A stretch of DNA of 64,000 nt, taken from contig NC_086108.1 of assembly GCF_963921235.1 (NCBI RefSeq), positions 57,352,001 to 57,416,000 on the forward strand, in the 5' to 3' direction. Of the stretch, positions 25,700-39,090 are shown piece after piece (within the stretch, counting starts at the first letter, position 1; each line of letters begins with the position of its first letter). A program made the position numbers and the translations under genes. A model generated the notes under the pieces. It did not search any database. It had not been told where the DNA came from and worked only from the letters and a program-made list of their open reading frames with translations. The DNA is from Mobula hypostoma. Lineage: Eukaryota.

Positions 25700-25900
25700 G
25701 ATATAAAGTGTGAGAGGAAAGATTTTCTAAGGGAACTGAGGGAAAATATTTTCACACACAGGGTCCTTGGTATATAGAATGAGCTGCCTGAGGAAGCTGT
25801 AGAGATAGGTCCAATTACAGTTTTTAAAAGTTATTTAGACAGGTATGTGGACAGCAAAGGTTTAGAACAATATGGGCCTAATACAGGCAAATGGACCAGA
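25700..25900 (+). mobile_element. CR1 3' end fragment
   Basis: ELRENIFTHRVLGI, similar to the CR1 C-terminus. Confidence 0.55.
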
Positions 25901-27662
25901 GTGTCATAGAGTCACAGAAAAGTACAGCCAGAAACAGGCCCTTCCCATCTAGTCCATGTTGAACCATTTAAGCTGCCTACTCCCATCGACATGCACCAGA
26001 GCATAGCCCTCCATACCCCTGCCATTCACGTGCCTGTCCAAACTTCTCTTAAAATTTGAAATTGAGCTCGCATGCAACACTTGCGCTGGCAGCTCGTTCC
26101 ACTCTCTCACAACCCTCTGAGTGAAGAGGTTTCCCCCTCGTGTTTCCCCTTAAACCTTTCACTAGTTGTAGTCCCACCCAACCTCAGTGGAAAAAGCCTG
26201 CTTGCACTTACCCTATCTATACTCTTTATAATTTTGTATACCTCTATCAATTCTCCCCTCAATCTTCCTTGTTCCAAACCTATTCAGTCTTTTTTTACAA
26301 CTCAAGTGCTCCAGTCCTGGCAGCATCCTTGTAAATTTTCTTTGTACTCTTTTTAACTTTTATTTACATCTTTCCTGTAGGTGGGTGACCAAAACTGCAC
26401 ACAATTCTTGAAATTGGGCTTCACCAATGTCTTATACAACTTCAACATAGCATCCCATCACCTGTTCTAAATATGTTGCTTTATGAAGGCCAATCTGCCA
26501 AAAGCTTTCTTTATGACCCTATCTACCTGTGCTGCCACTTTCAGTTAATTATGGACCTGTATTGCCAGATCTCTTTGTACTGCCACACTCCTTAGTGCCC
26601 TACTGTTCACTGTGTAAGACCTACCCTGATTGGTCCTACTGAAATGCAACACCTTGCACTTGTCTGCATTAAATTCCGTCTAACATTTTTCAGCTGATTT
26701 TTCCAGCTGGTCCAGATTGCACTGCAAGCTCTGATAGTCTTCCTCGCTATTCCCTATACCCTGAATCTTGGTGTCACTTGCAAATTTGCTGATTCAGTTA
26801 ACCACATTATTATCCAGATCATTGATAGATGACAAACAACACTGGACGAACAATCCCTACAGCACTCCATCTCTCACAGGTCTCCAGTCAGAGAGGCAAC
26901 CATCTATGACATTCTCTGCCTTTACCACAAAGCCAATGTCTAATCCAATTTACCAACTCATCTTGAATGCCAAGTGTTTGAACCTTTCTGACCAGCCTCC
27001 CATGTGGGATCTTGTCAAATGCCTTACTGAAGTCATTGTGAACAACATCCACTGCCTTGACTTCATCAACTTTCCTGGTAACTTCCTTAAAAAATTCTAT
27101 AAGATTGGCTAGACATGACCTTCATGTAGAAAGCCATGCTGACTATCCCTAATCAGTCCATGTCTATCCAAATACTCATATTTCCAATCCCTTAGAACGC
27201 CTTCCTATAACTTTCTCACCACTGGTGTCAGGATCACTGGCCAACAATTTCGTGGTTAATCTTTAGAGCCTTTCTTGAACAGCTTAGCAAAATTAGCTAT
27301 CTTCCAATCCTCTGGTACCTCACCTGTTGCTAAGGATGATTTAAGTATCTCTGCTAGGGCCCCTGCAATTTCTACACTTGCCTCCCACAGGATTTGAGGG
27401 AACATCTTTCAGGACCTGGGGATTTATCCATCCTAATTGGCCTCAAGACAGCAAACACCTCCTCCTCTATAATCTGTATAGGGACAATGATCTTGGTGCT
27501 GCTTTACCTTGAGGCCATTTAGGGTGGATAAATCCCACCAAGTGCACCTTTGCCAGAAACAGCCTGACTCAATCTACTTGCTAGATCCTTTCTGATACCA
27601 TCAAAATTGGCCTTTCTCCAATTTAGAATCTCAACCTGTGGACCCGACGTATATTTTTCCAT

Positions 27663-27885
27663 GCAACATACATCAAAGTTGCTGGTGAACGCAGCAGGCA
27701 GCATCTATAGGAAGAGGCGCAGTCGACGTTTCAGGCCGAGACCCTTCGCCAGTCCTGACGAAGGGTCTCGGCCTGAAACGTCGACTGCGCCTCTTCCTAT
27801 AGATGCTGCTTGGCCTGCTGCGTTCACCAGCAACTTTGATGTATGTTGCTTGAATTTCCAGCATCTGCAGAATTCCTGTTGTTTG
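27663..27885. mobile_element. Young Penelope terminal-repeat hairpin insertion
   Basis: Inverted arms 27663-27748 and 27759-27849; perfect 15-bp TSD cgtatatttttccat (27648-27662, 27886-27900). Confidence 0.88.
27751..27786 (+). ncRNA. Minimal hammerhead ribozyme motif
   Basis: Same 36-mer as 18772-18807. Confidence 0.72.
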
Positions 27886-28032
27886 CGTATATTTTTCCAT
27901 ATTTACTTTGAAGTTAATGGCATCACGATCCCTAGATGCAAAGTATTCACCTACACAAACTTCTGTCACCTGCCCTGTCTCATTGATAGGAGATCAAGTA
28001 TTACTCTCTTGTTGGGACTTTGATGTACTGAT

Positions 28033-28650
28033 TAGAAACCATAGAAAAACTACAGTACAGAAACAGGCCCTTTGGCCCTTCTTGGCTGTGCCGAACTATT
28101 TTCTGCCTAGTCCCACTGACCTGCACACGGACCATATCCCTCCATACACCTCCCATCCATGTATCTGTCCAATTTATTCTTAAATGTTAAAAAAGAACCC
28201 GCATTTACCATCTCATCTGGCAGCTCATTCCATACTCCCACCACTCTCTGTGTGAAGAAGCCCCCCTCTAATGTTCCCTTTAAACTTTTCCCCCCTCACC
28301 CTTAACCCATGTCCTCTGGTTTTTTTCTCCCCATGCCTCAGTGGAAAAAGCCTGCTTGCATTCACTCTATCTATACCCATCATAATTTTATATACCTCTA
28401 TCAAATCTCCCCTCACTCTTCTATGCTCCAGGGAATAAAGTCCTAACCTATTCAACCTTTCTCTGTAACTGAGTTTCTCAAGTCCCGGCAACATCCTTGT
28501 AAACCTTCTCTGCACTCTTTCAACCTTATTAATATCCTTCCTGTAATTTGGGGACCAAAACTGAACACAATACTCCAGATTCAGCCTCACCAATGCCTTA
28601 TACAACCTCATCATAACATTCCAGCTCTTATACTTAATAAAGGCCAATGT
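28033..28650 (-). mobile_element. Younger CR1 3' end nested in CR1
   Basis: LYKALVRLNLEYCVQFWSPNYRKDINKVERVQRRFTRMLPGL...RGDLIEVYKI. Confidence 0.85.
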
Positions 28651-28986
28651 AAGGAAACTCTGTTCCATCTAGTCCTTTTACAGTATGGGAGTTTCAGTCA
28701 TGTGGAAATTTAAAATCACCTACTGTAATAACCTTGTGTTTCTTGCAAAGTTCTGTGATCTCTCTACAAATTTGTTCCTCTAAATCCTGTTGGGTAGTCT
28801 ATAATATAGCCCCATTAATGTGGTCTTATTCTTATTCTTCAGTTCCACCCATAAAATCTCAGTAGACAAGTTCTCCAGTCTGTCCTGACTGAGCACTGCT
28901 GTGATATTTTCCCTGACTAGTAACACCACCCCTCCCCCTTTAATCCCTCCCGCTCTGTCGGATCTAAAACAACGGAAGCCTGGAAT

Positions 28987-29116
28987 GCAAACACAAGGAA
29001 ATCTGCAGATGTTGGAAATTCAAGCAACACACATCAAAATTGCTGGGGAACGCAGCAGGCCAGGCAGCATCTCTAGGAAACGTCGACTGTACCTCTTCCT
29101 AGAGATGCTGCCTGGC
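28987..29116. mobile_element. Penelope terminal-repeat insertion with short inversion
   Basis: 14-bp TSD cggaagcctggaat (28973-28986, 29117-29130). Confidence 0.82.
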
Positions 29117-31894
29117 CGGAAGCCTGGAATATTGAGCTGCCAGTCCTGCCCCTCCTGCAACCAAGTCTCACTAATGGCTACAATATCATAATTCCAGGTG
29201 TTGATCCATGCCCTGAGTTTATCTGCATTTCCTACAATACTTCTTACATTGAAATATGTGCAGCTCAGAACATTAATTGCACCATGCTCAACCTTTTGGT
29301 TTCTGACTTCGTTTAAGGTCTTAAGAACATCTTTCTGCACAACCTCTTCACTATCTGCTCTGGCACTCTGGTTCCCATCCTCCTGCAACTCTAGTTTAAC
29401 CCCCATGCAGCACTATCAAACCTTCCTGGTAGGATATTAGTCCTCTTTCAGTTCAGGTACAAACTGTTTCTGCGGTACAAGTTTCACCTTCCCTGAAGAG
29501 AGCTCAATAATCCAAAAATCTTACACCTTTCCTCCTACACCAACTCTTTAGCCAAGTGTTAAACTGTATGATCTTACTATTTCTGGCCTTACTAGTACGT
29601 GGCAGCAGTAGCAGTCCTGAAATTACAGCGTTGGAGGCCCTGTCCTGTAACGTAGTACCTAACTCCTTCAACTCACTTTGCAGGAATCAGTCGGAAATGT
29701 CCCAGACCCTGACCTCCGGGAGGCAACATACCATCTGGGAATCTTGTTTTTGTCCTCAGGACCTCCTTTCTGTTTTCTTAACTAATGAATCCCCTATCAC
29801 CACAGCCCACCTCTTCTCCCCCTTCCCTCCTAAGTCACAGAGCGAGACTCAGCGCCAGAGACCTGACCGCTGTGACTTTCCTCTGTTATGTCATTTCCCC
29901 CCAGTAGTATCCAAAGTGGTGGTGTTGTTATTGAGAGGGCTAGTCACAGGGGTACTCTGCACTGACTTTCCCCTTCCTGGACCTTGGGTATAACTACTTT
30001 TCTATCAGCCTCCCGAATGATCCAGAGTTCATCCAGTTCCAGTGGATTGACATTTTGGTCAGCATGGATAAGTTAGACTGATGGGCCTGTTTCTATGCTG
30101 TTAACATACATAGGTTCCCTAAGTTGTGAATAATATGACACAGAAATCTGATGTTATGTACATTTTTAAAGCATTTTTGGAGCTATTAATAATAACGTGT
30201 ACTGGTGTTCATGAGTGGGTATGTTATATATTTCATGAGTTTAAATGTGGCTATTGCTATTGATAATTATTCAGTGAAATGAAAGAATTATAGCAAGTAT
30301 ATATAGAGTGATATGATATGTGTAGCTATAAAAAACAGATGTTATGGAGAAATTGGCTTATAGACAGTTCTCAGGATTGGAGCCCTCAGGTAACCGAGGG
30401 GCTTCCTGTATATGTGAAAAAAGATCATTCGTCCCATCACAGAACACTGCGGAATGTCATCCTCAAAAACAACCATTAAGTAGTATTCTCCTTCTCCTCT
30501 CATAGTTTAGTATCTTTACAGCCATGGTTTCCAATGCCTTAATTTTGCTACCAGATCTATATTATGAAATGGCACCTACGAGCCACAATGCCATCAATCA
30601 CATTACTTTCCCTGTTATTTAATCAGAAATACAAGTCATTGCAATGCAATTTATATTTTGATAATTGACAACTTTTATTTATTTCCCTATATAAACACAC
30701 ACAAGTTAACTAAATTGTTATTGCTTACACAGTAGATACTTTGAGCTGGTTGCCCAGCAGTCGCGGTAGTTATGCCTGTCCCTTTTGAAATAGATCTGTA
30801 ACAATGAGACAAAAACAGAGAATGTTGCATATACTCAGCAGGCCAGGCATCATATATGGAGACAGGAGCAGAGATAAAATTTCAGCTCAATGATTCTTCA
30901 ATGTTATCATTTCCTTTCTTCTTGGTCCATGTACCCATATAGCATAACGTTGGGGCTGAGTGTTTAGCAATGTCCATCTGTTCCCCCATAGTCTAGAATG
31001 CATTTCATCCAGTTGACTTCTCAGCTTTGAGGATTGCCAAACTTTTTGTGGCATGCTCTTTATTTTATCCTGTCTAATATCACTACCAGCTCTTTACCAC
31101 ATTTTCTAGGTCCTCTTTCTAGTCATGACCGATGTTAAATACTCTTGATGTGTCACCTCTGTCTTTCCCAGGAATATCTTGCAATTTTTTTTAATGTTTG
31201 TGATCTATGCACTGATTCTGTTGATTTAAGGTGTATCAGGCCGTGTATCTGTGTTATTACCCAAATGTTTTATACTTCCAATAAGACATCCTTGGTGTCT
31301 GGCTGAATAAGTGAGTTAATGGGTGAGTCACACAAATCTGGAAGGTGCTAGTCTGATCTCATGAGTCATTTAATCTCTGACTGGGTGACAGCTCATCAGA
31401 TAATTGACTTTAAGTCTGTTTTTGGAATTGGAAATCTGCCAACATTCCTGTTTTTGTCCAGTGAACGTTGTGTACAGATTGTGCTGCCTCTATAAAAACC
31501 TTAAATTCTTGCTGCTCAGATTTGCAGAAAAGAAAAGGCTGCTTAGGGGAGGTTGAAATATCACTTCATTTAAGAATTAGTAAGTGCCTTCAAGAAAAGA
31601 GATGAGAGATTACTGTTGTAAAGGAATAAAGAAAAACAAGTGTCAAAGTATTTTAAGCTGTCAAAGGAGGCCTAAAAAATCTGTGTGTGTGAGAGAGAGA
31701 AAGTGAGCTGAACAAGTTATATATCAGTACTGAGGTCTAAATGCACTTTGAATTTTGTAGCTGCTTTTAGAAAAGTTATCTTATCTTGGAGTCTTTCTTG
31801 AGATCTAGTTTCAGGTCCTTTCATCAGCAGAAATTGATGCTTAACCAAAATCCAAAATGCCTTAAATGATGAAAACAAAACAATAAATATGTAG

Positions 31895-32010
31895 GCAACA
31901 CACACAAAATTATGGGGGAAACAGCAGGCCAGGCAGCATCTATGGAAAAAAGTACAGTCGATGTTTCGGTCTGAGACCCTTCGGAAGGACTGGAGGAAAA
32001 AAGATGAGCC
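31895..32010 (-). mobile_element. Penelope terminal-repeat fragment
   Basis: caacacacacaaaat...caggccaggcagcatctatgg...agtcgatgtttcgg; hammerhead core mutated. Confidence 0.65.
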
Positions 32011-32369
32011 GAACTATACACCTCTGTACTAAATTTCATTTGCAATTATTTCTGACCAGCTGATCCAGATCATCTCTATATTCCTGCAGTCTAACATTTC
32101 TCACTTACTGTATTACCCTTGCAGTTTCTTTATCATGCCTTCAAGATCTAAGTTTGTGTCATTAATACATAACAAAAATAAGTATTAGACTGAAGACTAT
32201 ACTCTGTAGAAGTCCACTGGTAATAGCCTTCCAGACATAATTATACTATGAACATTTGGTTCCTATCTCTTTGGTGATTTTGGTTCGGCCTGCAATATGA
32301 GTGAGATATTGTTAAAAGCCTTTGCTAAATCCAGATAGATAACATTGAATGTAGTGCCCTCATTATCAT

Positions 32370-33040
32370 TTAGACCATAACATGTAGGACCAGAATTAAG
32401 CCATTTGGCTCATCAAATCTGCTCCGCCATTTCATCATGGCTGATTCATTTCCCTCTCAGCCCCAATCTCGTGCCTTCTTCCTGTAACCATTCATGTCCT
32501 GACTAATCAAGAATCTATCAACCTCTGCCCTAAATATACCCAATGACCTGGCCTCCAGACCCATCTGTGGCAACAAATTCCACTGATTCACCACTGTCTG
32601 GCTAAAGAAATTCCTCCTCATCTCCATTCTAAATGGACGTCCCTCTATGCTGAGGTTGTGTCCTCTGGTCTAGACTCCCCCACCATCGGAAACATCCTCT
32701 CCCCACCACTCTATCGAGGCATTTCAACATTCGTTAGGTTTCAATGAGAACCCTTCATACTTCCAAATTTCAGTGAGTACAGCCTCAGTGCCATCAAATT
32801 CTCCACATATGAAAAACCTTTCAATCCTAGAATCATCTTTGTGAACCTTCTTTTTACCTTCTCCAACATCAGCACATTCTTTCTAAGATAAGGGGCCTGA
32901 AACTGCTCACAATTGTCTTAAGTGAGGCCTCAAAAGTACCTTATAAAGGCTGAACATTACATCCTTGCTGTTATATCCTGGTCCTTTCGAAATGATTGCT
33001 AACATTTAATTTACCGTCCTCACCACTGACTCAACCTGCA
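32370..33040 (-). mobile_element. CR1 LINE 3' fragment
   Basis: Reverse complement resembles the CR1 C-terminus and 3' UTR at 17492-19085. Confidence 0.65.
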
Positions 33041-33064
33041 CTAGTGATGATTTGGTGTGTCGTA

Positions 33065-33268
33065 TTAAAGGAGTGAATTTTTATGCAAACAATTATTTGT
33101 GTTTTATATTTGTAGTTAATTCAAATCACTTTGTAGAGATCTGTTTTCACTTTGACACGAAAGAGGCTTTTTCTGTTGATTGGTGTCAAAAAAAAGCCAA
33201 ATTAAATCTATTATGAATCATAAAATATGAAAACTTCCAAGGGGGCGAATACTTTTTATAGGCTCTGC
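33065..33268 (+). mobile_element. Tc1/mariner-type terminal repeat remnant
   Basis: Inner and outer direct repeats (gtgaatttttatgc ... gcgaatactttttatagg) ending ggctctg, like Tc1 IR/DR ends. Confidence 0.55.
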
Positions 33269-33929
33269 AGGTTATCTCTTTCTAAATGTAGTGGCTGCTC
33301 GAACAAACCAACACCGCTGTTCAAGACCAAACACGTTCTGTATGATGCGCCTTCATATCCAATAATAATAATAATGTTCAAAGTCAAAGAAATGTTTTTG
33401 ATTGTTTATTAAGCAACTAGCAAATCAAGCAGTCTTCAACTGATAAAACTAATGATACTAAAACTACTGATATTAAATGGAATCAAACAAAATGAAGAGA
33501 AGTTAATTGAATTGAGTTGACTTTATTACTTACATCCTTCATTTACATAAGGAGTAAATATCTTTATGTTAACTCTCCATCTAAATGTGCAATGTGCAAT
33601 TTATAGTAATTTATAATAAATAGTATCTACAACAGGACAGTTGATTCCACTTAAGCAGAGTTATGCTTTCAACAAAAAGATATCACACCCGGCTCTAGCT
33701 GACTCTAACCAAAGCATGAAGACATAACTAAACTCTATGCTTTTACCACGCACCCAGCCATGTGAGTAACAACTACTAAAAATTATAAAAGCACAACACA
33801 AAATGCAATGCAGATAGAAATCAGGTACATGGCTCCAACATCCCAGCCCCCTACTTATAGTACTATAATTGTAACTACAAAACATAGGAAGCATGAATGC
33901 TTAACATTCACACGAATGTCCTCTTTATT

Positions 33930-35950
33930 AAGTCATGCAACAATTATCTAGGCCAGAGGTAACCAGCACATAGCCCAGTACAGAGTGATTGTTTGCCACC
34001 ATTCTCCAACAGGATAGAATCAGGAAGCTTCTAGAGCTGTAGCTCTTCAAACCACTGCCTCCTGTAGAATGCAGGTCTTGGTTACAGACTGATCCAAACA
34101 GCTCGTCTTCATTTGATGAGTACCTGCTGCGCAAATGCTCTTCTGTCTGAAAAAACTTGGATGATCCTTTCTCTGATCCATGAGTTTCGGGGCGCAGTGT
34201 CATCACCTATAGCACAATATCTCCTTGGAGGAAATTGAATCTTATACTTGACCACTTCTGATGTTCCTGTAGCTGGGGTAAATATTGCTTGACCCACCAT
34301 TTCCAAAAAAAGTTTGACATGTATTGGACTTGCTTCCATTTATGATGAGCATAAGCATCTTCCTTTTGGAACTCTCCTGGTGGTAAGGATGGTGAGGTCC
34401 TCAGAAACAACAGATGATTGGGTGTTAACACTTACAAATCATTGGGATGAATATTTCCATGTAGACTGCTGCAATTTTCTGCTCATTACCAAAATGTTCC
34501 TACAGTAAAGCTTTGGGCTTTAGACATCCTTGCTCCAGGTTTGCTTACTGTCAAGTTTTGACAAGCTCACTTGGGCGACCTTCAGTGAACTCTCCGCGGA
34601 AATAGAGACGGTGGCCATAATCGCCAGTTTTGTGTTCAATGCTATTCTTGAAAGCCCTCATAAATGCATAATATTGCAGTAGATCATCATCAAAGATTAG
34701 AATCTCTCCCAGGCAGAGATGCAATGCATTGTTGCACTACTAAGGTTGCTATTTCCTTTTGCATCCTTATCGCCTCCAGAGCACTATCATCTGAAACATG
34801 GGTATTATACTGTAAATTAATGTCCCCAGAAGCACCTTGTGCTGCTAGATATGATATAGGTTCAGAGTGCCTTGTTAGTACAGGCTGTGGCTGAACACCC
34901 TGAACTACCCCCTGGGGTTCTAACTTGTGGCTCATAGACATCTGAGGAACAAATGTAACCATATTGATATCGAGTATGTTGGATTTACTCAGTGCCATCT
35001 CAACATAGGATCTCACACCATAGAACTGTCCTTCTGGAACGCCTCTAGCACCCACAGCACTTGATGCCTTCAGCGCATTCACTTTTGCCATCTCGGCTGC
35101 AATTTCTTCCTGTAACTTAAGCTGCCTCTTTCCTTTCCAAAGTTGCTTTTCATTTCTCGGAAGCTGTTCTTCCATTTGCTGCTTTCCTTTCCGAAGCGGT
35201 TCTTCCATCTGTTCCATTTTTTTCTTCCAATGTATGTTTATCCTTCAATATTGGTCACCTTGTACATAACTCAGCTAAATCAGCTACCGTTCTAATGTGT
35301 GCCGAGAAGATAACAGACACATGGGATGTTCTGGTAGCAATAGAATCTGCTGCATGCACAAAAGATGCACTGTTGTCTGGGTGTACATCATCCTATAAAT
35401 CATCAGCTTTATATATTGTCAAAGCATGCCCTGGAATTTGATAAATATTTTCATTTGTTTCTGCAACATGGGCTTCAACATTACATGTTTGTTTCAGCCA
35501 TTGTTCAGCCTCTGCTGTGACTGTATTAATAAGAGTCATAAAGATTTTTCAAATCTTCTAAATAAGACTGCACTTGTGAGGTGTTTTGCATTTCTTGCAT
35601 AAAATTTCAAATTGATGCTATTAAATCTTTAATCTTTTTTACAATGGCTTTAAATTCCTTTTAATCACTTTCAATTCTACTCTCTAAGGCTTTCTCAGTA
35701 AGTTTAATTTCTCTTTTTGTCCCGACTTTAAGGTCACTGCTTGCAGGTTGACTATGCCGTGTTCCAAGTGCGCGAACCAGACCAAACAAATAGTGTTCAA
35801 TTCAAATGTTGGCAATCAAATTATTTTAGCATTTTAACAGAACCAATCAATGAACTCTTAGGCAAACACCACAGTACACGGTCAGCGATGACCATTCCAA
35901 ACAGGGCTCCAATATCAAACACATAGCATCCTTCCTGTAATTCAGCAAAC
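33930..35950 (-). mobile_element. BEL/Pao LTR retrotransposon internal remnant
   Basis: [11 protein letters not shown]...[30 protein letters not shown]...GDIVL (BEL pol C-terminus); gag-like FDDDLLQYYAFMRAF and coiled-coil ORF 34690-35217; most of pol missing. Confidence 0.8.
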
Positions 35951-36106
35951 ACAATACTCCAAATGTTGCATAACCCAATTTTTAAATATGTTGGAAATTT
36001 TATTTAAGGTTTGCTGCAAATCCAATTTTAAACTCATAAAAATTAGATTTTAGCTATTGATTACCCATGAACAGAAAAAAGTAAGTTACTAGCTCTTCTT
36101 TCAGTT

Positions 36107-36142
36107 AGTCCTGACGAAGGCTCTCGGCCCGAAACGTCGACT
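36107..36142 (+). ncRNA. Minimal hammerhead ribozyme motif in a Penelope-end fragment (about 36092-36202)
   Basis: AGUC-CUGACGA-AGGCUCUCGGCCC-GAAAC-GUC-GACU; stem II differs slightly from the other copies. Confidence 0.62.
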
Positions 36143-36908
36143 GTACCTTTTCCTAGAGATGCTGCCTGGCCTGCTGCGTTCACCAGCAACTTTTATGTGT
36201 GTTAGTTAATTTAAAACCTTCTTTTATTGTAGAAGAGTTTAAATACAGGCTTTGTTGAAAAATCAATGGTTCCCTAATACTGTTAATAGCTATGTATCCG
36301 TAAATGATATAGATCAAGAATTTTGACTGTAAAACAGTAACTCAGTCTAAACTTACTTCAAGTTTTTCTATCAGAATATATTTCTGTGTATTTAATAAAT
36401 CTGGAACATAAATATAAGAAACAGAAGCAGGACTTTGTCATTAGGTCCCTTGTGTCTACTCTGTCATTGAAACGGTCATGGCTGGTCTTTTAGCTTTGTG
36501 CCACATTCCCAAGGTAACTCAATAATTCTTCTTTCCCTCTATAGCTAAACATCTATCAACACTTTTTAAAGAAGTGCAGTGTTTTTGTTGATAAGGAAAC
36601 CATTCCCTAAGCTAGTATTTGCAGCTGTTTTTGATGATGGGAAACGGATTTGGTATGATTAGTTAATTATGCACTGATTTATTATTATGTAGAATTTACA
36701 ATTTGTCAAAGAGTAATGAGACAATGGTCCATCCTCTTAAAGGCAGACATCAAAATGCTAGAGTCAGGTGGAAGAGTTAAATATCGAAGAGGTATATAGA
36801 TAGCTGCGGATGTTATGTAGTTGTAATTCTAATGTGTTATCATTGACCTTCTTGAAAGGCCATAATTTCATTATTAAATTTTATTTGTACTCATTCTTTT
36901 CTGTCTAG

Positions 36909-37256
36909 GAGGTTTGCAGGTCGATTTGGTTCAGGATCTACACCAAAATCCAGTTTCATATTTAAAGAATATCTGAAAACACAGCAGGAAACATGTAATA
37001 GCTACAAAAAAGGACGAACGTATTACACTTCTGATGTGGGAAGATCATGGACAGCCAACATTTGTTTCAGAAATCATATTCTTGGGAAAACAATTCTATG
37101 GATGAAGTTACTTTCCTTCCCTCACAGTTTAATGTTTAATAGTTTGGTAAGAACGTATTTAACAAAAGCGTATCCTGTTTTAAATGGGAAACTTCATCCA
37201 ATTCATCAACATGTCTTTGAATCTAATTTACAAAACAGTATGATTCACAGTAAAAG
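36909..37256 (+). CDS. MCCC2-like, coding exon 2
   Basis: Pyrimidine-rich ctag acceptor, 348 nt open (RFAGRFG...AYPVLNGKLHPIHQHVFESNLQNSMIHSK), donor gtaaag, phase 2 matches exon 3. Confidence 0.8.
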
Positions 37257-37399
37257 GTAAAGTTATGTTTCGCTAAATAGAGGTTTTATTGAAATGATCA
37301 AAGGATGTTCCATGAGTTAATCCATGCATAATTCCCAAACCTATGTAGAATGTAAGGGCCTGCCTGGCCCTTGTGTCATTTTGTTTCTCCTAGCAGTAA

Positions 37400-38130
37400 A
37401 CAGTTTAATATCACTGGAATATGTCCTGAAATTTGTTGTTTTGGTTATGTATATACACACATGTACACTCACACATACAAAAAAAAAGTGAGTAGTGTTC
37501 ATGGATTCATTGTCCATTCAGAAATCTGATGGTGGAGGGGAAGAATTTGTTCCTGAAATGTGTGTGTCTTCAGGTTCATGTACCACCTCGTTGATGGTAG
37601 CAATGAGAAGAGGTGATGAGGGACCTTATTGATGGGTGCCGGCTTTTTGAGACATCATCTTTTGAAAGTGTCCATGATGCTGCGAATTTCACGACTTACG
37701 CCAGTGATATTAAACCTGATCATTATTCTGATTGTGATTCTGCTGGGGAGGCTAATGCCCACGATCGAGATGGCTAAGTTTACAACTTTCTGCAGCCTTT
37801 TCCAATCCTGTGTAGTGGCCCCTCCATGCAGATGGCAATGCAACCAGTTAGAATGCATTCCATGGTGCATCTGTAGAAATTTCCAAGTGTTTTTGGTGAC
37901 ATGCCAAGACTCTTCAAACTCCTAATGAAATATTACCACTGTTGTGCTTTTTTTGTAATTGCATCAATATGCTGAGCCCAGGAAAGATCTTCAGAGATGA
38001 TGACACCCAGGAACTTGAAACTGCTGATCTTTTGGTGAGGACTGGTGTGTGTTCTCTTGACTTCCCCTTCCTTATGCCCACAATCAATTCCTTGGTCTTA
38101 CAGATGCTGAATGGAAGGTGGTTGTGGTTG
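37400..38130 (-). mobile_element. Rex1/Babar 3' fragment
   Basis: KTKELIVGIRK, QDWKRLQKVVNLAISIVGISLP. Confidence 0.7.
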
Positions 38131-38274
38131 TCTTCTTTAATCATTGTCATGGTTGCATTCTTCCACTTTTCCTGTGATTATAAGATTAGGGATCAATGGA
38201 AGTTCATGAGAAATGAAAAACAAAGATCACAAGATGTAGGAATGCCAAGTGGATCTATCTACTTTATTTTGTGG

Positions 38275-39090
38275 GTTCAAAGGTTCAATTTAATGTCAGA
38301 GAAATATGTACAATATACATTCTGAAATGCTTTTTCTTTGCAAACCATCCACAAAAAACAGAGAATTGCCCCAAAGAATGAATGACAGCTAAACATGAGA
38401 ACCCCAAAGCCCCCCCCAGCTCCCCCCATCCATGCGTAAGCGACGGTGAGCAACAATCCCCCCACCGACAAAACAAAAAGCGCACTTGCTACCAAGCACA
38501 AGCATGAGCTAAGCAATAGCAAAGACACAGATGTTGCAGTTATCCCAAAGCCTATCGCATTTCATCTGGTATTCAGTAACCCACAGGTTCTCTCTCCCTT
38601 AATAAGGGAGAGGGACATGTCCCCTATTTTCACAGTGAGTGGGAGACATAACAACAACCCGCTGGTTTATGATATTAAAAAGTCCATTTCGTTGCTTTTT
38701 GTGAGCTCTGTGCCTGAAGTTCGCAAAGATCTTGGGTCTTCAGGCCCACAGCGAAAGATTTCCGGCCTCCTCAACGACACACGAGTCTCCTGCCATGACA
38801 CTGACCCTCGATCCACCCATCTTCAGAGCTCTGAGATCTTAGGCTTCCAAACACTAGGCTGCCTCTCAGGCTGACCGCTTGGCATGCCAAACAACGGCTG
38901 GTCCTGAAACCCGGAGAATGGATCCCATTCCCTCAAAGAACCGAAATCAGCATGTAACTCCAGGTCAGGATCTTCAAAAGAACCCTGAAAGGGTAAAATA
39001 AAGATATTAAAAATGGAAATAGAGCTGTTTCCGAAGATGCAAGCAAAGGAGTTGCTGTTTAGGGCCATCTTAATTCCGCCTCTGTCTCCG
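38275..39090 (-). mobile_element. Non-autonomous retroposon (aagatggc head, Rex1-like tail)
   Basis: Minus strand begins ...aagatggccctaaacagc and ends tgacattaaattgaacctttgaacc; organised like 5187-5865. Confidence 0.45.

Larger units (their letters stand above)
25905..30040 (-). mobile_element. CR1 LINE (ORF1 remnant, endonuclease, RT; internal deletions and nested inserts)
   Basis: YFNVRSIVGNADKLRAWINTWNYDIVAISETWL (APE N-terminus), AVVIGDSLV esterase-like ORF1 remnant near 29790, RT and 3' region paralleling 2790-5160. Confidence 0.85.

Noticed and set aside
34690..35217. Coiled-coil-like 175-aa ORF as a host gene
   Set aside because: Collinear with BEL/Pao gag and pol remnants that carry frameshifts
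33287..36340. Paired LTRs for the BEL/Pao remnant
   Set aside because: Could not find two matching terminal repeats by eye
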